Numbered from the stretch's first letter, positions 29,859 to 41,365 are shown. The stretch: 64,000 nt of DNA from an uncultured Chloroflexia bacterium (GCA_963792075.1 CAWBUW010000002.1:376369-440368); one strand, 5' to 3'. The notes: generated by a model not told the origin, from the letters alone. Translations and numbers: made by a program.

Positions 29859-30500
29859 CTATGTAAGAGGCGAGAGAAAATTGCAACCGTCCATTGGCAC
29901 AGAGCTAATTTTCAGGTGTGGCGCAGCATATAATTTGATGGTAGATGATTTCCGCTCGATGCATTGCTCCCAGGATTCTTGTAAACGAGGAGCGTAATCT
30001 TCCGGTAAAATTAGTGTTGTTACGTCAGCATCGGTACGAAATATGAAGCGGTCATACACCTTTTCATAATCTGAATATTCCAAAACCAGAATGAAACCTT
30101 GCTCGTTGCCCACCGTGTCAAACCAAAATATGCAAAAGGGGTTATAGGTCGCATAAATATCACCCGGCATGTCAACGGGTTTTTGGCAACCGTTCCCACC
30201 ACCTTGTATAAATAAAGCGGTAGATAGCAGACTGGGGGTACTGGTGAAAGTTGGCTTTTTAGGTGTTACGGTAGGCGTTTTACTTGGAACGATAGTTGGT
30301 GTTATTGTTGGCGTAATTAGCTCAACTGCTGTTTTTTGTAAAGGTACAGGAGTAAATGAATCTGTTGATTGAGGCGAAGTAGGATCTACTATTATTGTTT
30401 GTGGAAATTGATTACAGCCTGCAAGGAATAGCAAAAAAAATAGGTAAATATGTGATTTACGCCCGAAATTAAAGGCGCGAGTGAGAACCGCCAAAACCCG
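29859..30500 (-). CDS. Hypothetical lipoprotein (start uncertain, possibly decayed)
   Basis: LFLAGC lipobox and Pro/Thr linker. No clear ATG near the signal peptide. Confidence 0.45.
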   Translation of the reverse strand, partial: RVLAVLTRAFNFGRKSHIYLFFLLFLAGCNQFPQTIIVDPTSPQSTDSFTPVPLQKTAVELITPTITPTIVPSKTPTVTPKKPTFTSTPSLLSTALFIQGGGNGCQKPVDMPGDIYATYNPFCIFWFDTVGNEQGFILVLEYSDYEKVYDRFIFRTDADVTTLILPEDYAPRLQESWEQCIERKSSTIKLYAAPHLKISSVPMDGCNFLSPLT

Positions 30501-30537
30501 CACAGATTCTCCTATGGCGTAGTTGGAAACCCCAACG

Positions 30538-31026
30538 TTAAGGGAACAAGTCTGCTGGTTTTCGTCGTTTAATCGCTCCCACGGAATACAGATAAAGGAT
30601 GATGCCAACAGATACTGTGATCAGCGATGAGGTAATTGATAACGAATCAGGAGATCCGCTTCCCCACCATGCCAAAGTTAAGGTCACTAGTCCAATCCAG
30701 AAAGCCCATGCTAGTCGCAGAAGGGCTGTCTTCCGGAGCTCTAATGGGACCATTCGCATGTTTTCACTCAAAAGCAAATGAAGGCATAAGCCCAAAGATA
30801 TGCTCCAGACGAAGAGCAACATCATACCCCATGCGAATGGTTCATTTCTAGGCGCTCCTGGCATCTGGCCGATGATAGACTGGATCAAAGCTATGATAAA
30901 TACTGCGATGGATGCTCCGATCAACATCAAACCAATGTCTTTGGTTTTTGTAATGTTTGACGGAATGGTTGTTTGAATTGAGATACGTTCTCCTAAAGAG
31001 TCTGTATCGGTTTCATATGGTTCCAT
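30538..31026 (-). CDS. Hypothetical 4-TM membrane protein
   Basis: Four hydrophobic segments, SD AAGGAG, downstream of PadR. Confidence 0.7.
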   Translation of the reverse strand: MEPYETDTDSLGERISIQTTIPSNITKTKDIGLMLIGASIAVFIIALIQSIIGQMPGAPRNEPFAWGMMLLFVWSISLGLCLHLLLSENMRMVPLELRKTALLRLAWAFWIGLVTLTLAWWGSGSPDSLSITSSLITVSVGIILYLYSVGAIKRRKPADLFP

Positions 31027-31041
31027 AAGTCAAACTCCTTT

Positions 31042-31422
31042 TTAAATTTCGGTTCCATCAGAAGATAACACGGCTTCCATAGATTTCAGGACTTCTGGCT
31101 GTTGGAACAAGAGGATATTACGCCGTATAAACTTTGACAGCAAGGCTCGGCCTTTTTTTGTCAGGTGAAAGTAACGCCGGGCTGGTCCAATTTTAGAAGG
31201 CGAAAATGTGCTTTCGACCAATCCCATTTCAGAAAAGCGCCTGAGGGTCCTATAGATACTATTATCGTCCGCCGTTATGCTTCCCTGACTGAGAGTTTCA
31301 ATTTCGGAGCGTATCTGGTAAGCATACCTTTCATGCTGGCTCAGGAGCAACAAGATCCAGAACGAAAGCAATCCTTTTTTGTAAGCTTCTTCCCACTGCT
31401 GTAAAAGCAAATCGAGTTCCAT
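31042..31422 (-). CDS. PadR-family transcriptional regulator
   Basis: KKGLL...YAYQI...SIYRTLRR...GPARRYF.LT..G. Confidence 0.9.
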   Translation of the reverse strand: MELDLLLQQWEEAYKKGLLSFWILLLLSQHERYAYQIRSEIETLSQGSITADDNSIYRTLRRFSEMGLVESTFSPSKIGPARRYFHLTKKGRALLSKFIRRNILLFQQPEVLKSMEAVLSSDGTEI

Positions 31423-31431
31423 CGGTTTTTT

Positions 31432-31478
31432 CTATTATTCATTAGGAATAATAGCATAAATAATCCCCTTCTGTCAAT
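31432..31478 (-). promoter_or_regulatory. PadR promoter with overlapping inverted-repeat operator
   Basis: TTGACA...TATTAT on the minus strand. CTATTATTC-N5-GAATAATAG at 31432-31454. Confidence 0.55.
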
Positions 31479-31533
31479 ATTCTATGGGCTTTTATGCCTG
31501 AACAGTTACCTTATTTTGAATATCCATAGTTAC

Positions 31534-33570
31534 CTAGCCGGCAATCCCAAGCGTATCCAGGATAAACGCGTAATTCAGCGCCTGCTCGCGCAGGAAATCA
31601 TACCGGCCGGAGGCGCCTCCGTGACCGGCCCCCATGTTGGTAAGCAAAAGCAGACGGTTGCGGTCGGTTTTCAGCGAGCGCAGCCGGGCGGCCCATTTGG
31701 CCGGGTCCCAATACGGGACCTGTAAATCATTCAGGCCGGCGCGCGCCAGGATGTGCGGGTAAGCTTTGGCTTCCAAATTTTCATAGGGCGAATAAGAGAG
31801 CATATACTCGAAAGCCTGCGGGTCGTTGGGGTTCCCCCATTGTTCGTATTCGGGCACGGTCAGCGGCAGTTCTGGCATCAGCATCGCGGTGATTACGTTC
31901 GTAAACGGCACCAGCGCCACGACACACCGGAACAGGTCGGGGCGCTGGTTGGTTACGGCCGTTACCAAAAGCCCTCCGGCGCTGCCGCCGGTGATGGCCA
32001 GTTGTTCCGGTGTGGTGTATCCCTGGCTCACCAGGCGCTCGGCGCAGGCGATAAAATCGGAAAATGTGTTCTTCTTACGCAGCAGCCGGCCGCCTTCGTA
32101 CCAGGGGCGGCCCATCTCGCTGCCACCGCGGACGTGCGCAATCGCATAAGCGAAGCCGCGGTCGAGCAGGCTGAACCGGCGGGTTTCAAAAGCTGCTTCG
32201 CTGCTAAACCCATAAGAGCCGTAGGCGTAGAGCAGCAGCGGGCCGGGACTCTTCCGGTCGCGCCGGTACACCAACGAGATGGGCACCTGCGCCCCATCCG
32301 GCGCAGTCGCAAACAGGCGCTGGCTGGTGTACAGGGAAGGATCATAACCGCTGGGGATCTCTTGCAGCTTACTCACCTGCCAGGTGTGCTTCTCCAGGTG
32401 ATAATCCACGGTGGCTTCGGGAGATACCAGGGAACTGTAGAAGAAACGCAGCTCATGCGCGTCGCCAAACGGGTTCGCAGCCCAACGCAGCGCGTAGGTG
32501 GGGTCCGGGAAGGTGACGTAATGAACATCTGCCAGGCCATCCGGCGCGGATATGCGCACCTGGCGCAAACCATCCCGGCGCTCGAAGAGCACCAGGTGGT
32601 CGCGGAATGCCTGTACCTCTTCGATCAGCGTATCTTCCCGGTGGGGAAGCGCCTCGACCCAGGCGCTGCGCTCAGGGTTCGCGGTGGGAGCGCGCATCAA
32701 ACGGAAGTTCTCCGCCCCGGCATTGGTGCGGATCCAGAAATGGTCTCCCTGGTGCTCCAGGTAATATTCATGCCAGGGTTGGCGCCCGGCTACCAGGCGC
32801 AATCCGGCCTGGGGGGTGTCTGCATCCAGGAGATACACCTCGCTGGTAGAATGGCTGGCGGCAGTGATCAAGAGGTACGCGCCGCTGCGGCTGCGCTCCA
32901 CTCTTAAGCTGAACGCATCATCCGGCTCATGCAGCACCTGGGTATCCTGGTTTGTTTCCTGCCCCACGCTGTGGCGCATCACCTTGTACGAGCGGTGCAC
33001 GGCATCGAAAACGGTGTAAAAGAGCGTGCGGCTGTCGCTTGCCCAGGCTGCCGTCCAGGCTGTACCGGCGAGCGGACCCGCGACCACCTGCCCATTGTGC
33101 AGGTCCTTAATAAACAAGTTGAAAACCCAGGCCCCGGTAACATCGACGGCATATGCGATCAGGTTGTGGTCCGGGCTGGGCTCCAGGTAGTTCACCCGGC
33201 AGTATTCCAGCCCTTCTGCCAGGGCATTCTCGTCCAGCAGGATTTCCTCTCCGGCGCCTGGCGCATTGGCTTTGCGGCAAAAGACCCGGTACTGCCTGCC
33301 GGCCTCATTGCGCGTGTAATAAGCGTACTGCCCGCGGTTTTCCGGGGCGGCGCTGTCATCCTCCTGGATGCGGCCGCGCATTTCCCGGTAAAGCTGCTCT
33401 TGCAGCGCCTGGGTATGGCCTAACACAGACTGGGCATACGCGTTTTCTGCGGCCAGATAAGCAATGACTTCAGGGTCGGCTTTGTTTTGCATCCAGCGGT
33501 ACGGATCGTCCAATGAATGGCTCAAGTGCTCGAAGTGATAAGGGACTTTTTTCGCAGTCGGGGGCAGCAT
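31534..33570 (-). CDS. ptrB: Oligopeptidase B (S9A)
   Basis: DPYRWM, YGSYG, HVRGG, GGSAGG nucleophile, D and GHGG. Confidence 0.92.
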   Translation of the reverse strand: MLPPTAKKVPYHFEHLSHSLDDPYRWMQNKADPEVIAYLAAENAYAQSVLGHTQALQEQLYREMRGRIQEDDSAAPENRGQYAYYTRNEAGRQYRVFCRKANAPGAGEEILLDENALAEGLEYCRVNYLEPSPDHNLIAYAVDVTGAWVFNLFIKDLHNGQVVAGPLAGTAWTAAWASDSRTLFYTVFDAVHRSYKVMRHSVGQETNQDTQVLHEPDDAFSLRVERSRSGAYLLITAASHSTSEVYLLDADTPQAGLRLVAGRQPWHEYYLEHQGDHFWIRTNAGAENFRLMRAPTANPERSAWVEALPHREDTLIEEVQAFRDHLVLFERRDGLRQVRISAPDGLADVHYVTFPDPTYALRWAANPFGDAHELRFFYSSLVSPEATVDYHLEKHTWQVSKLQEIPSGYDPSLYTSQRLFATAPDGAQVPISLVYRRDRKSPGPLLLYAYGSYGFSSEAAFETRRFSLLDRGFAYAIAHVRGGSEMGRPWYEGGRLLRKKNTFSDFIACAERLVSQGYTTPEQLAITGGSAGGLLVTAVTNQRPDLFRCVVALVPFTNVITAMLMPELPLTVPEYEQWGNPNDPQAFEYMLSYSPYENLEAKAYPHILARAGLNDLQVPYWDPAKWAARLRSLKTDRNRLLLLTNMGAGHGGASGRYDFLREQALNYAFILDTLGIAG

Positions 33571-33593
33571 GATTTTTCCTCCTGGCGCAATGT

Positions 33594-34173
33594 TTAATTA
33601 TTTTCTCCGGAGTTGGATATTTCTGTGAATGGTAGACGCTCAATCATTTTTTCGATTTTTGTGTCATCTACTTTCCGTGAATAATAGACTTGACTCATTT
33701 CGGCAGCCTTCTGAGTCTCAACAACTCTCCAATTACGGATTATGCTATTTTTTGTTATAGGTTTTCGAATTTCTTTCTGGGAAATATAAAAAACGATTTC
33801 ATCCAAATCTAACCTATGATTTCCTACAAGCCAATATAGATCGTAAAAATCACGATAGCGAGCTCGGTCGCTCATAGCCCGGATTTTTTCTGCGCAAATC
33901 TTTCTCACATCCTATAATGCTTGCATCATCAAGTGTGATCTTATTCCCGTTTGATGAAAAGTCTAAATCTTCGGAGAATCGGTATTGGTCCAAATAACAA
34001 TGGTTTAGAGCTGTACCGCCTTTAAATACCAACGTTTTTCCCCAGAGGGAGCCGGAAATAATCTGCATGACAACAGCCAACATATAATCCTTTTCGGCAA
34101 TCTGTAAAGGATACCTGAGGGTTTTCCGATTGATGATCTCAAGTTGTGAACGGGTTAATAACGTTGCTTTCAT
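33594..34173 (-). pseudogene. AbiEii/AbiGii nucleotidyltransferase toxin, internally deleted and frameshifted
   Basis: N-part EKDY...FKGGTAL...RFSEDLDF, C-part AEKIRA...RYRDFYDL in another frame. The middle appears to be missing. Confidence 0.75.
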
Positions 34174-34952
34174 GCTCTCTTATATTTATCAAAGTAATCC
34201 CGGTAATACAAACGCCATTTTGCGTTAAATTTATTGTCCCCAGGAAGCATCCAATGAGTGCTGCGCTTGGTTTTGACAAGCTCATACAACTTATCGGAGT
34301 ATATCCCCAAAAGGTCAAACACCAGCCCAAAGGTTTTTATAGTCACAGCAGGAAACCTGGCCAGATATTCATTCAGCCTGGCAATGTCCAAATCATTTTT
34401 ATGCTCAAGCAATTTCTCAATTACAAGATCAATTGAATACTGGCTTTTATGGAAATTGGCCATATCGATTAAGGCTTTTTCAGGAGTGGCTACCCTAGCT
34501 GTTAAGTTTCCAACCTGTATTTCCTGCCAGCCGAAATAATATTCAGGTTTGGTTTTGACAAAACTGTACTCCACCCCTGACAGATTTACGGATTTATGCG
34601 CTTTCAGTGAAACGGAAACGGTTCTGTCAGTTAGCTGATCGAACATGCTGTATTGCTGCAAAGCAGATTCAAACGAGACATAGGAGTTGGGTTCTAAGAG
34701 GTTCGCAATGCTATAAGGAGAAAGATTTAAATATCCCCTGGATGACAAATCAGAAATTGCATAAATTCCTCGCTTAATTCGGGTAAGCCAACCGTTTCTG
34801 ACGAGTTTAGATATGAGATTTTTGGACTGTTGGTAATCAAAGAAATTTCCCGCCTCTTTGTATATTTGGTGGGAGGTTACAATCTGACCGTATTTAACGA
34901 TTAGATTTTCAAGGATTTCGCTTTGTTTTGCGGATAAAATAGATTGTTTCAT
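34170..34952 (-). CDS. Type IV TA antitoxin, AbiEi-like
   Basis: wHTH (RIKRGIY), SYVSFESAL, ATPEKALID. Overlaps the toxin start. Confidence 0.8.
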   Translation of the reverse strand: MKQSILSAKQSEILENLIVKYGQIVTSHQIYKEAGNFFDYQQSKNLISKLVRNGWLTRIKRGIYAISDLSSRGYLNLSPYSIANLLEPNSYVSFESALQQYSMFDQLTDRTVSVSLKAHKSVNLSGVEYSFVKTKPEYYFGWQEIQVGNLTARVATPEKALIDMANFHKSQYSIDLVIEKLLEHKNDLDIARLNEYLARFPAVTIKTFGLVFDLLGIYSDKLYELVKTKRSTHWMLPGDNKFNAKWRLYYRDYFDKYKRA

Positions 34953-35019
34953 GTATAGTAAGTAATTGTTATTGATTACTAACTATATACATAATAAACT
35001 ATTCACAAGATGGTGTCAA
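34951..35019 (-). promoter_or_regulatory. abiE promoter with inverted-repeat operator
   Basis: TTGACA-N17-TATTAT (35019-34991). Imperfect IR tatagtaagtaat...attactaactata. Confidence 0.55.
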
Positions 35020-35054
35020 GCAATGAATATCTATTCACAGGGCTTTCTCAAAGT

Positions 35055-35122
35055 TAGGGGTCTTGGGGGTGTGTGCCGTGCGGGCAGCTTTGCTACCGCA
35101 CGGCATACACCCCAAACCCCTA
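35055..35122. repeat. Intergenic hairpin element (GCTTTGC apex)
   Basis: taggggtcttgggggtgtgtgccgtgcgggcagc-ttt-gctaccgcacggcatacaccccaaaccccta. Confidence 0.7.
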
Positions 35123-36295
35123 TGACGACAGAGGCAGCCTGGACAGCGCGGCGGCGATCTGGCTGACCGCCTGCTGGAGCTTCTCCATCGAGTTGGCGAA
35201 GCAGAGGCGCAGGTAGCCCTCGCCGTGAGGGCCAAAGGCGCTGCCCGGCAGCACGGCGACGGAGGCCGATTCTAACAGGTACTCTGCCAGGCAGTTGGAG
35301 GAACGGCCGTAGGCGGTAACGTTGGGGAAGGCGTAGAAAGCGCCCTGCGGGGTGCGGCAGGAGACGCCCGGGATGGCGTTCAGCCCGGCCACGACCACGT
35401 CGCGCCTCCGCTGGTACTCGGCCACTGCGGCATCCACCGGGTGCTGCGTGCCGCGCACGGCTTTCAGTCCGGCGACCTGGGTAAAGCTGGCGGTGCAGCC
35501 CACGGAATGGGTCAGCAGCAGCTCGACCCGTTCGGCCAGCGCGGCCGGCATGATGCCGTAGCCCAGGCGCCAGCCGGTCATGGCGTAGGTCTTGGAGAAG
35601 CCATCGCAAATCACCGTGCGCTCGGCCATGCCGGGCAGCGTGGCGATGCTGGGCACGGGCGCGCCGTACACCAGGCGGGCGTAGATCTCGTCCGAGAGCA
35701 CCCAGAAGTTGTGGCGCTGGGCGGCCGCGGCGATATGCTCCAGGGCGCGCAGGGGCATCACGCCGCCGGTCGGGTTGGAAGGCGAGTTGAGCACCACCAG
35801 GCGCGTGCGTTCGTTGATCAGGTAGTCGAAAGCGTCCAGGTCGAAGGAGAAATCGTCCTCTTCACGCAGCGGCACAGGCACAGGCGTTCCGCCGGCCACT
35901 TCGATCATGGCGGCGTAGGTGGGGAAGCCCGGGTCGGGGTAGATCACCTCGTCGCCCGGCCGGACCAGGGCCAGCGTGGGGAAGAACAGGAAAGGCTTGG
36001 CACCGGGGCCGACCACCACCTGTTCCGGGAGTATCTCCTGCCCGCGGCGCTGGCTGGCATCCGCGGCGATGGCCTTGCGCAGGGCGGGTATGCCCGCGGA
36101 AGGGGTGTAGCGCGTGTGCCCGTTCTGGATTGCTTCGATCCCGGCTTCGGCGATGTGCGGAAATGTCGGCATGTCCGGTTGGCCGATCTCGAGATGGATG
36201 ATGGTTTGCCCGGCGGCTTCGAGCGCCTGGGCGCGCGCCAGCATGGCATAAGCCCCCTCGGCTTTCAGGTTTAAGACACGGTCAGCGAATTCCAT
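35120..36295 (-). CDS. Class I/II PLP-dependent aminotransferase (AspC-like)
   Basis: NSPSNPTG, SDEIY, GFSKTYAMTGWRLG. Confidence 0.93.
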   Translation of the reverse strand: MEFADRVLNLKAEGAYAMLARAQALEAAGQTIIHLEIGQPDMPTFPHIAEAGIEAIQNGHTRYTPSAGIPALRKAIAADASQRRGQEILPEQVVVGPGAKPFLFFPTLALVRPGDEVIYPDPGFPTYAAMIEVAGGTPVPVPLREEDDFSFDLDAFDYLINERTRLVVLNSPSNPTGGVMPLRALEHIAAAAQRHNFWVLSDEIYARLVYGAPVPSIATLPGMAERTVICDGFSKTYAMTGWRLGYGIMPAALAERVELLLTHSVGCTASFTQVAGLKAVRGTQHPVDAAVAEYQRRRDVVVAGLNAIPGVSCRTPQGAFYAFPNVTAYGRSSNCLAEYLLESASVAVLPGSAFGPHGEGYLRLCFANSMEKLQQAVSQIAAALSRLPLSS

Positions 36296-36296
36296 A

Positions 36297-38102
36297 TTAG
36301 ATCTCGGTATAGCGGTCAATCTGCCGTGCGATGATCTTCAGGGAAGCAGCCCAGAAGTCCTTCGTACGGATGTTAATCCCGAAGCGGTCGGCCAGCTCGG
36401 CGGCCTTGCCTTCGCCGGTGCTGGCGAGCAGGGAAATGTAATCGGGGACGAAAGCTGCGCCGCGCTGCCGGTAGATGGCATACAGGCCGGTGGCAAACAA
36501 CAGGCCGAAGGCATAAGGGAAGTTGTAGAACGAGCGCTCGTAGGAATAATAGTGCGGCTTCCAGGTCCACATGTATTTCTGCAGGAAATTCTCATCCAGG
36601 CCCTCACCGTAGGCGGCTTTCTGCGAGCGTTCCATGATGTCGTTGATCTCATCGGGGGAAAGCTCGGCCTGGGCGCGGCGTTCGAGGACTTCTTTTTCGA
36701 ACAAGAAGCGGGAATAGATATCCACGATCACCTGGCTGCTGCCGGTCAAGGAGGTCTCCAGGATAGACAGCTCTTCGGCGGGGGAGGCAGCCGCCGCCAG
36801 GGCGGCCTGGGTGGCGATGGTCTCGCACATGATCGAAGCGGTCTCGGCCAGGGTCATGGGGGTGCGGCGCTGCAGGCCGGTCTTGCCCTTCGCATACATA
36901 CATTCATTGTGGAAGGCGTGGCCCAATTCGTGGGCAATGGTGAAGACCTGGTCGAGCGAGCCATCGAAATTGCACAGCACGCGCGATTCCCTGGCCACAG
37001 GAATACCCATGCAGAAAGCGCCGCCGCGTTTGCCCACGCGCTGCTCGGCGTCGATCCAGTTCCGGTCGAAAGCCCGGCGGGCGAGCGCCTCTAACTCAGG
37101 AGCGAAAGAGGCGAAGTTTTGCAGGACGAAGCTGCGCGCTTCGGGGAAGGTGTAACTGCGGCCGGATTCGCCCAGCGGCGCGGACAGGTCCCACCAGGCC
37201 AGTTTTTCTTTGCCCATGCGGCGCGCCTTGGCCTGGAAATAGCGCACGAAGGTGGGGAGAGAGTCTTGCATGGCGCCCAGCATGGCGTCCAAAGTGGTGC
37301 GGTCGATGCGCGCCTGGTGCAGGGCGGGCTCCAGCGCATCGGCGTAACCGCGGTGCTGGTTGAGTGTGTTGGCCGTACCCTTGATCCCGTTCATGCAGGC
37401 GGCGAGGGTCTCGCTGACCGTTTCCCAGGCTTTGTTTTCGGCCTCGTAGCCGCGGCGGCGGACTGACTCGTCCGGGTGCGAGCGCAGGTTGATCAGCGCG
37501 GGCATCGGCATCTTCTGCACCTTGCCATCCAGCTCGAAATCCACGCTGAGCTGCGAGGTGACGGTGCCCTGCAGTTTCTGCCAGGCCGTGCCGCCGGCCA
37601 GGTTGAGCTCGGCGGCCAGCCCTTCTTCGCTCTCGCTCATCAAGTGCAGGCTCTCTTCGGCGGCTTCCTGCATGAAGAAAGCGTGCGCCTGCGCGCTGCC
37701 GGGCTGCTGCAAGAGGGCGGGCAGCGCCGGATTGATCCGGCCGACCCAGCTCTTGAATTGCACGACAATCTTATCGCTGCGCACGTCCAGTTGGTCCAGG
37801 CGAGACTGTGCCTTCTGGGCGGCTTTGTTATAAGAGTCGGTGGAAATGAAGGAATGCAGGTAGCTGCCCATGCTGTGCATCCGGTCGCCCAAGACGTTGA
37901 GGCGGTCGATGACGCCGCCGGCGATGGCAGCCAGTTGGGCTGCGCCGGTGGAGGGGCCGGCATCCGCAATCTGCGCGTCGAGGTAGGCTTGGAGCTCGTC
38001 CAGCAGTTGCTCCACCTTGTGGAAATCCGCCTCGTATTCGGCCGAATCCAGTGCAGGGTAGACATTGGTCAAGTCCCATCGGGTTGTTTGCAGATCAGTC
38101 AT
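36297..38102 (-). CDS. M3B oligoendopeptidase F family
   Basis: GKRGGAFC, HELGH, LAETAS, FYNFPYAFG. Confidence 0.92.
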   Translation of the reverse strand: MTDLQTTRWDLTNVYPALDSAEYEADFHKVEQLLDELQAYLDAQIADAGPSTGAAQLAAIAGGVIDRLNVLGDRMHSMGSYLHSFISTDSYNKAAQKAQSRLDQLDVRSDKIVVQFKSWVGRINPALPALLQQPGSAQAHAFFMQEAAEESLHLMSESEEGLAAELNLAGGTAWQKLQGTVTSQLSVDFELDGKVQKMPMPALINLRSHPDESVRRRGYEAENKAWETVSETLAACMNGIKGTANTLNQHRGYADALEPALHQARIDRTTLDAMLGAMQDSLPTFVRYFQAKARRMGKEKLAWWDLSAPLGESGRSYTFPEARSFVLQNFASFAPELEALARRAFDRNWIDAEQRVGKRGGAFCMGIPVARESRVLCNFDGSLDQVFTIAHELGHAFHNECMYAKGKTGLQRRTPMTLAETASIMCETIATQAALAAAASPAEELSILETSLTGSSQVIVDIYSRFLFEKEVLERRAQAELSPDEINDIMERSQKAAYGEGLDENFLQKYMWTWKPHYYSYERSFYNFPYAFGLLFATGLYAIYRQRGAAFVPDYISLLASTGEGKAAELADRFGINIRTKDFWAASLKIIARQIDRYTEI

Positions 38103-38158
38103 GAAATGCTCCTCTATAAGGTGAAATGCTGTCTGCATTGTACCCGGTTAAGAGGAAA

Positions 38159-38205
38159 TTTGGGGGGATTAGCAAGCGATGAAATCGCTTGCTAATCCCC
38201 CCAAA
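38159..38205. repeat. Intergenic perfect hairpin
   Basis: tttggggggattagcaagcgat-gaa-atcgcttgctaatccccccaaa. Confidence 0.75.
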
Positions 38206-38226
38206 AAAATTCTTTGTAAAAAGACC

Positions 38227-38255
38227 TTGACAGATTGGGGCAGTGCTCCTATAAT
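38227..38255 (+). promoter_or_regulatory. Consensus sigma70 promoter of met operon
   Basis: TTGACA-N17-TATAAT, exact consensus. Confidence 0.85.
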
Positions 38256-38277
38256 CGGGCGAATTACAGGAAACCAG

Positions 38278-38373
38278 ATGATCTTACACCTCTATTCAAT
38301 GCCTATGTCCATGCGCAGGGCGGGGGCTGAACCCACCGCCTTGCAGGAATGTACCATGCCGGGCCCGGCTTAG
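38278..38373 (+). CDS. Putative Met-rich leader peptide (31 aa)
   Basis: AGGA SD. MILHLYSMPMSMRRAGAEPTALQECTMPGPA*, lying between the promoter and terminator upstream of metY. Confidence 0.6.
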   Translation: MILHLYSMPMSMRRAGAEPTALQECTMPGPA

Positions 38374-38397
38374 TGTTCTGAGCCAGCCCGCCAGCAA

Positions 38398-38456
38398 GCG
38401 GCGGACAGCCTTCCGCAAACTCACGAGAGTTGCGAATGGCTGTCCGCCGTTTTTTA
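38398..38456 (+). terminator. Intrinsic terminator / attenuator in met leader
   Basis: gcggcggacagcc...ggctgtccgccgt followed by a T-run, 80 nt before metY. Confidence 0.75.
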
Positions 38457-38494
38457 TTATCTTTATTGGTTACGACAGGCAAAGCCTGCCATAA

Positions 38495-39832
<1,338 letters not shown>

Positions 39833-39843
39833 GAGGTCACCTT

Positions 39844-40776
39844 ATGCCGGTAAAAATCCCTGAAACCCTGCCTGCCAAAGCGGTCCTGGAAAGCGAAGAC
39901 ATCTTCGTGATGGGGATGGAGCGCGCGGACCACCAGGACATCCGCCCGCTGCAGTTGGCCATCCTCAACCTGATGCCGACCAAGATCGCCACGGAGACGC
40001 AGCTCCTGCGCCTGCTGAGCAACACTGCCCTGCAGGTGGAGGTCACGCTGCTGAACATGGACTCGCACGAATCCAAGAACACCCCGTCCGAGCATCTGGT
40101 GGCGCATTATGCCGCATTCGAAGAGATCAAAGACCAGAAATTCGACGGCCTGATCATCACCGGCGCGCCGGTGGAAAACCTGCCGTTCGAAGAGGTGGAT
40201 TACTGGCCTGAGCTGACCGCGCTGCTGGATTGGAAAGAGACCCACGTATTCTCTACTTTCCACATCTGCTGGGCGGCGCAGGCGGGGCTGTACCACTCCT
40301 TTGGCGTGCCTAAGTACCCGCTGCCGCGCAAGATGTTCGGCGTCTTCCCCCACACTTTGAACGGTCACCGGCATGAGAAGCTGCTGCGCGGCTTCGACGA
40401 CGTCTTCTACGCGCCGCACTCGCGCCACACGGAGATCCGTTCGGCAGATATCCAGCGTGTGCCAGAGCTGGAAATCCTGGCCGAATCCGAAGAGGCGGGG
40501 GTATACATCGTGACCACGTGCGACCGGCGTAATTTCTACATCACCGGCCATTCGGAATACGATCCGCTGACGCTCCAGGGAGAGTATGAGCGGGACGTGC
40601 AAAAAGGCCTGGAAATCGCCCCGCCGTGCAATTACTTTCCAGGGGATGACCCCAACCGCCCTCCGCAGGTGCTGTGGCGCGGCCACGCTCACCTGCTCTT
40701 TTCCAACTGGCTGAATTACTACGTGTACCAGGCCACGCCGTATGACCTGGCGGCCATCCCGCAGGGTGGAGGATGA
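39844..40776 (+). CDS. metA: MetA-family homoserine O-acyltransferase (probably acetyl-specific)
   Basis: ILNLMP, TGAPVE (Glu at the specificity position suggests acetyl-CoA), ICWAAQA, PHSRH, GHSEY. Confidence 0.93.
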   Translation: MPVKIPETLPAKAVLESEDIFVMGMERADHQDIRPLQLAILNLMPTKIATETQLLRLLSNTALQVEVTLLNMDSHESKNTPSEHLVAHYAAFEEIKDQKFDGLIITGAPVENLPFEEVDYWPELTALLDWKETHVFSTFHICWAAQAGLYHSFGVPKYPLPRKMFGVFPHTLNGHRHEKLLRGFDDVFYAPHSRHTEIRSADIQRVPELEILAESEEAGVYIVTTCDRRNFYITGHSEYDPLTLQGEYERDVQKGLEIAPPCNYFPGDDPNRPPQVLWRGHAHLLFSNWLNYYVYQATPYDLAAIPQGGG

Positions 40777-40781
40777 AAAAT

Positions 40782-40822
40782 GGGGATTGGTACGCCGCGC
40801 TTTGCGCGGCGTGCCAACCCCC
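40782..40822. repeat. Hairpin element between convergent genes (GCTTTGC apex)
   Basis: ggggattggtacgccgcgc-ttt-gcgcggcgtgccaaccccc. Confidence 0.65.
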
Positions 40823-40847
40823 TAAAGACCCTTATCCCAAACTGACT

Positions 40848-41258
40848 TTAATTATCCGGCGCGCCGGCGTTGATCCAGTCGCTGATGAGCTTGATATCCG
40901 CCGCGGACAGCGGCGTCCCTTCCTTGGGCATGACGCCCGCGGTAATGAGCTCAACCAGCTTGCTGCCGGCAGCATCTTTCGGGGTAATCACCGCCCCATT
41001 GGAGGAGCCGGCTAACGCAGTTGTGTAGGTACTCAGATCCAGCCCGGCCCTGGGGGTTGGGCCGCCGTGGCACATGGTGCAATTTGCCTCAAAGATCGGC
41101 AAAACCTCTTTTGAGAAGCTGACGGCCGGTACGGCGGCTGCTGCGGCGGGCTGCGTGGCAGCCACTCCGGTGGCTACCGGGCCCTTTCCGCTGCACGCCG
41201 TCAGGGTGATGACCAACAGGGCCATCAGGAAGAGTTTTTGGAGGGAAATGCGAGACAT
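40848..41258 (-). CDS. Monoheme cytochrome c lipoprotein (Planctomycete-type cyt c domain)
   Basis: LTAC lipobox, CTMCHG, GLDL, MP, WINAGA. Confidence 0.85.
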   Translation of the reverse strand: MSRISLQKLFLMALLVITLTACSGKGPVATGVAATQPAAAAAVPAVSFSKEVLPIFEANCTMCHGGPTPRAGLDLSTYTTALAGSSNGAVITPKDAAGSKLVELITAGVMPKEGTPLSAADIKLISDWINAGAPDN

Positions 41259-41365
41259 AAGTTTTCTCCTATCATCGCTACATCGATCTTGTGGGCGGTG
41301 CTGATGATGTCATCTTGATGCTCTGATATTGTACACCGAAAAGGGGTTGGCCATCCTGGGTTCAT

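Noticed and set aside
29862-29920. Possible IS end (tgtaag...gaaaattg) truncating the lipoprotein
   Set aside because: No partner end or transposase in the window, and the resemblance is too weak
30455-30545. Possible integron attC site after the membrane-protein gene (TAAC at stop)
   Set aside because: No convincing complementary R'/L boxes, no second site and no integron integrase
38260-38460. SAM-I riboswitch or T-box in the met leader
   Set aside because: The SAM-I core and the T-box UGGNACC motif could not be found by eye. A covariance search is still needed to exclude them fully.
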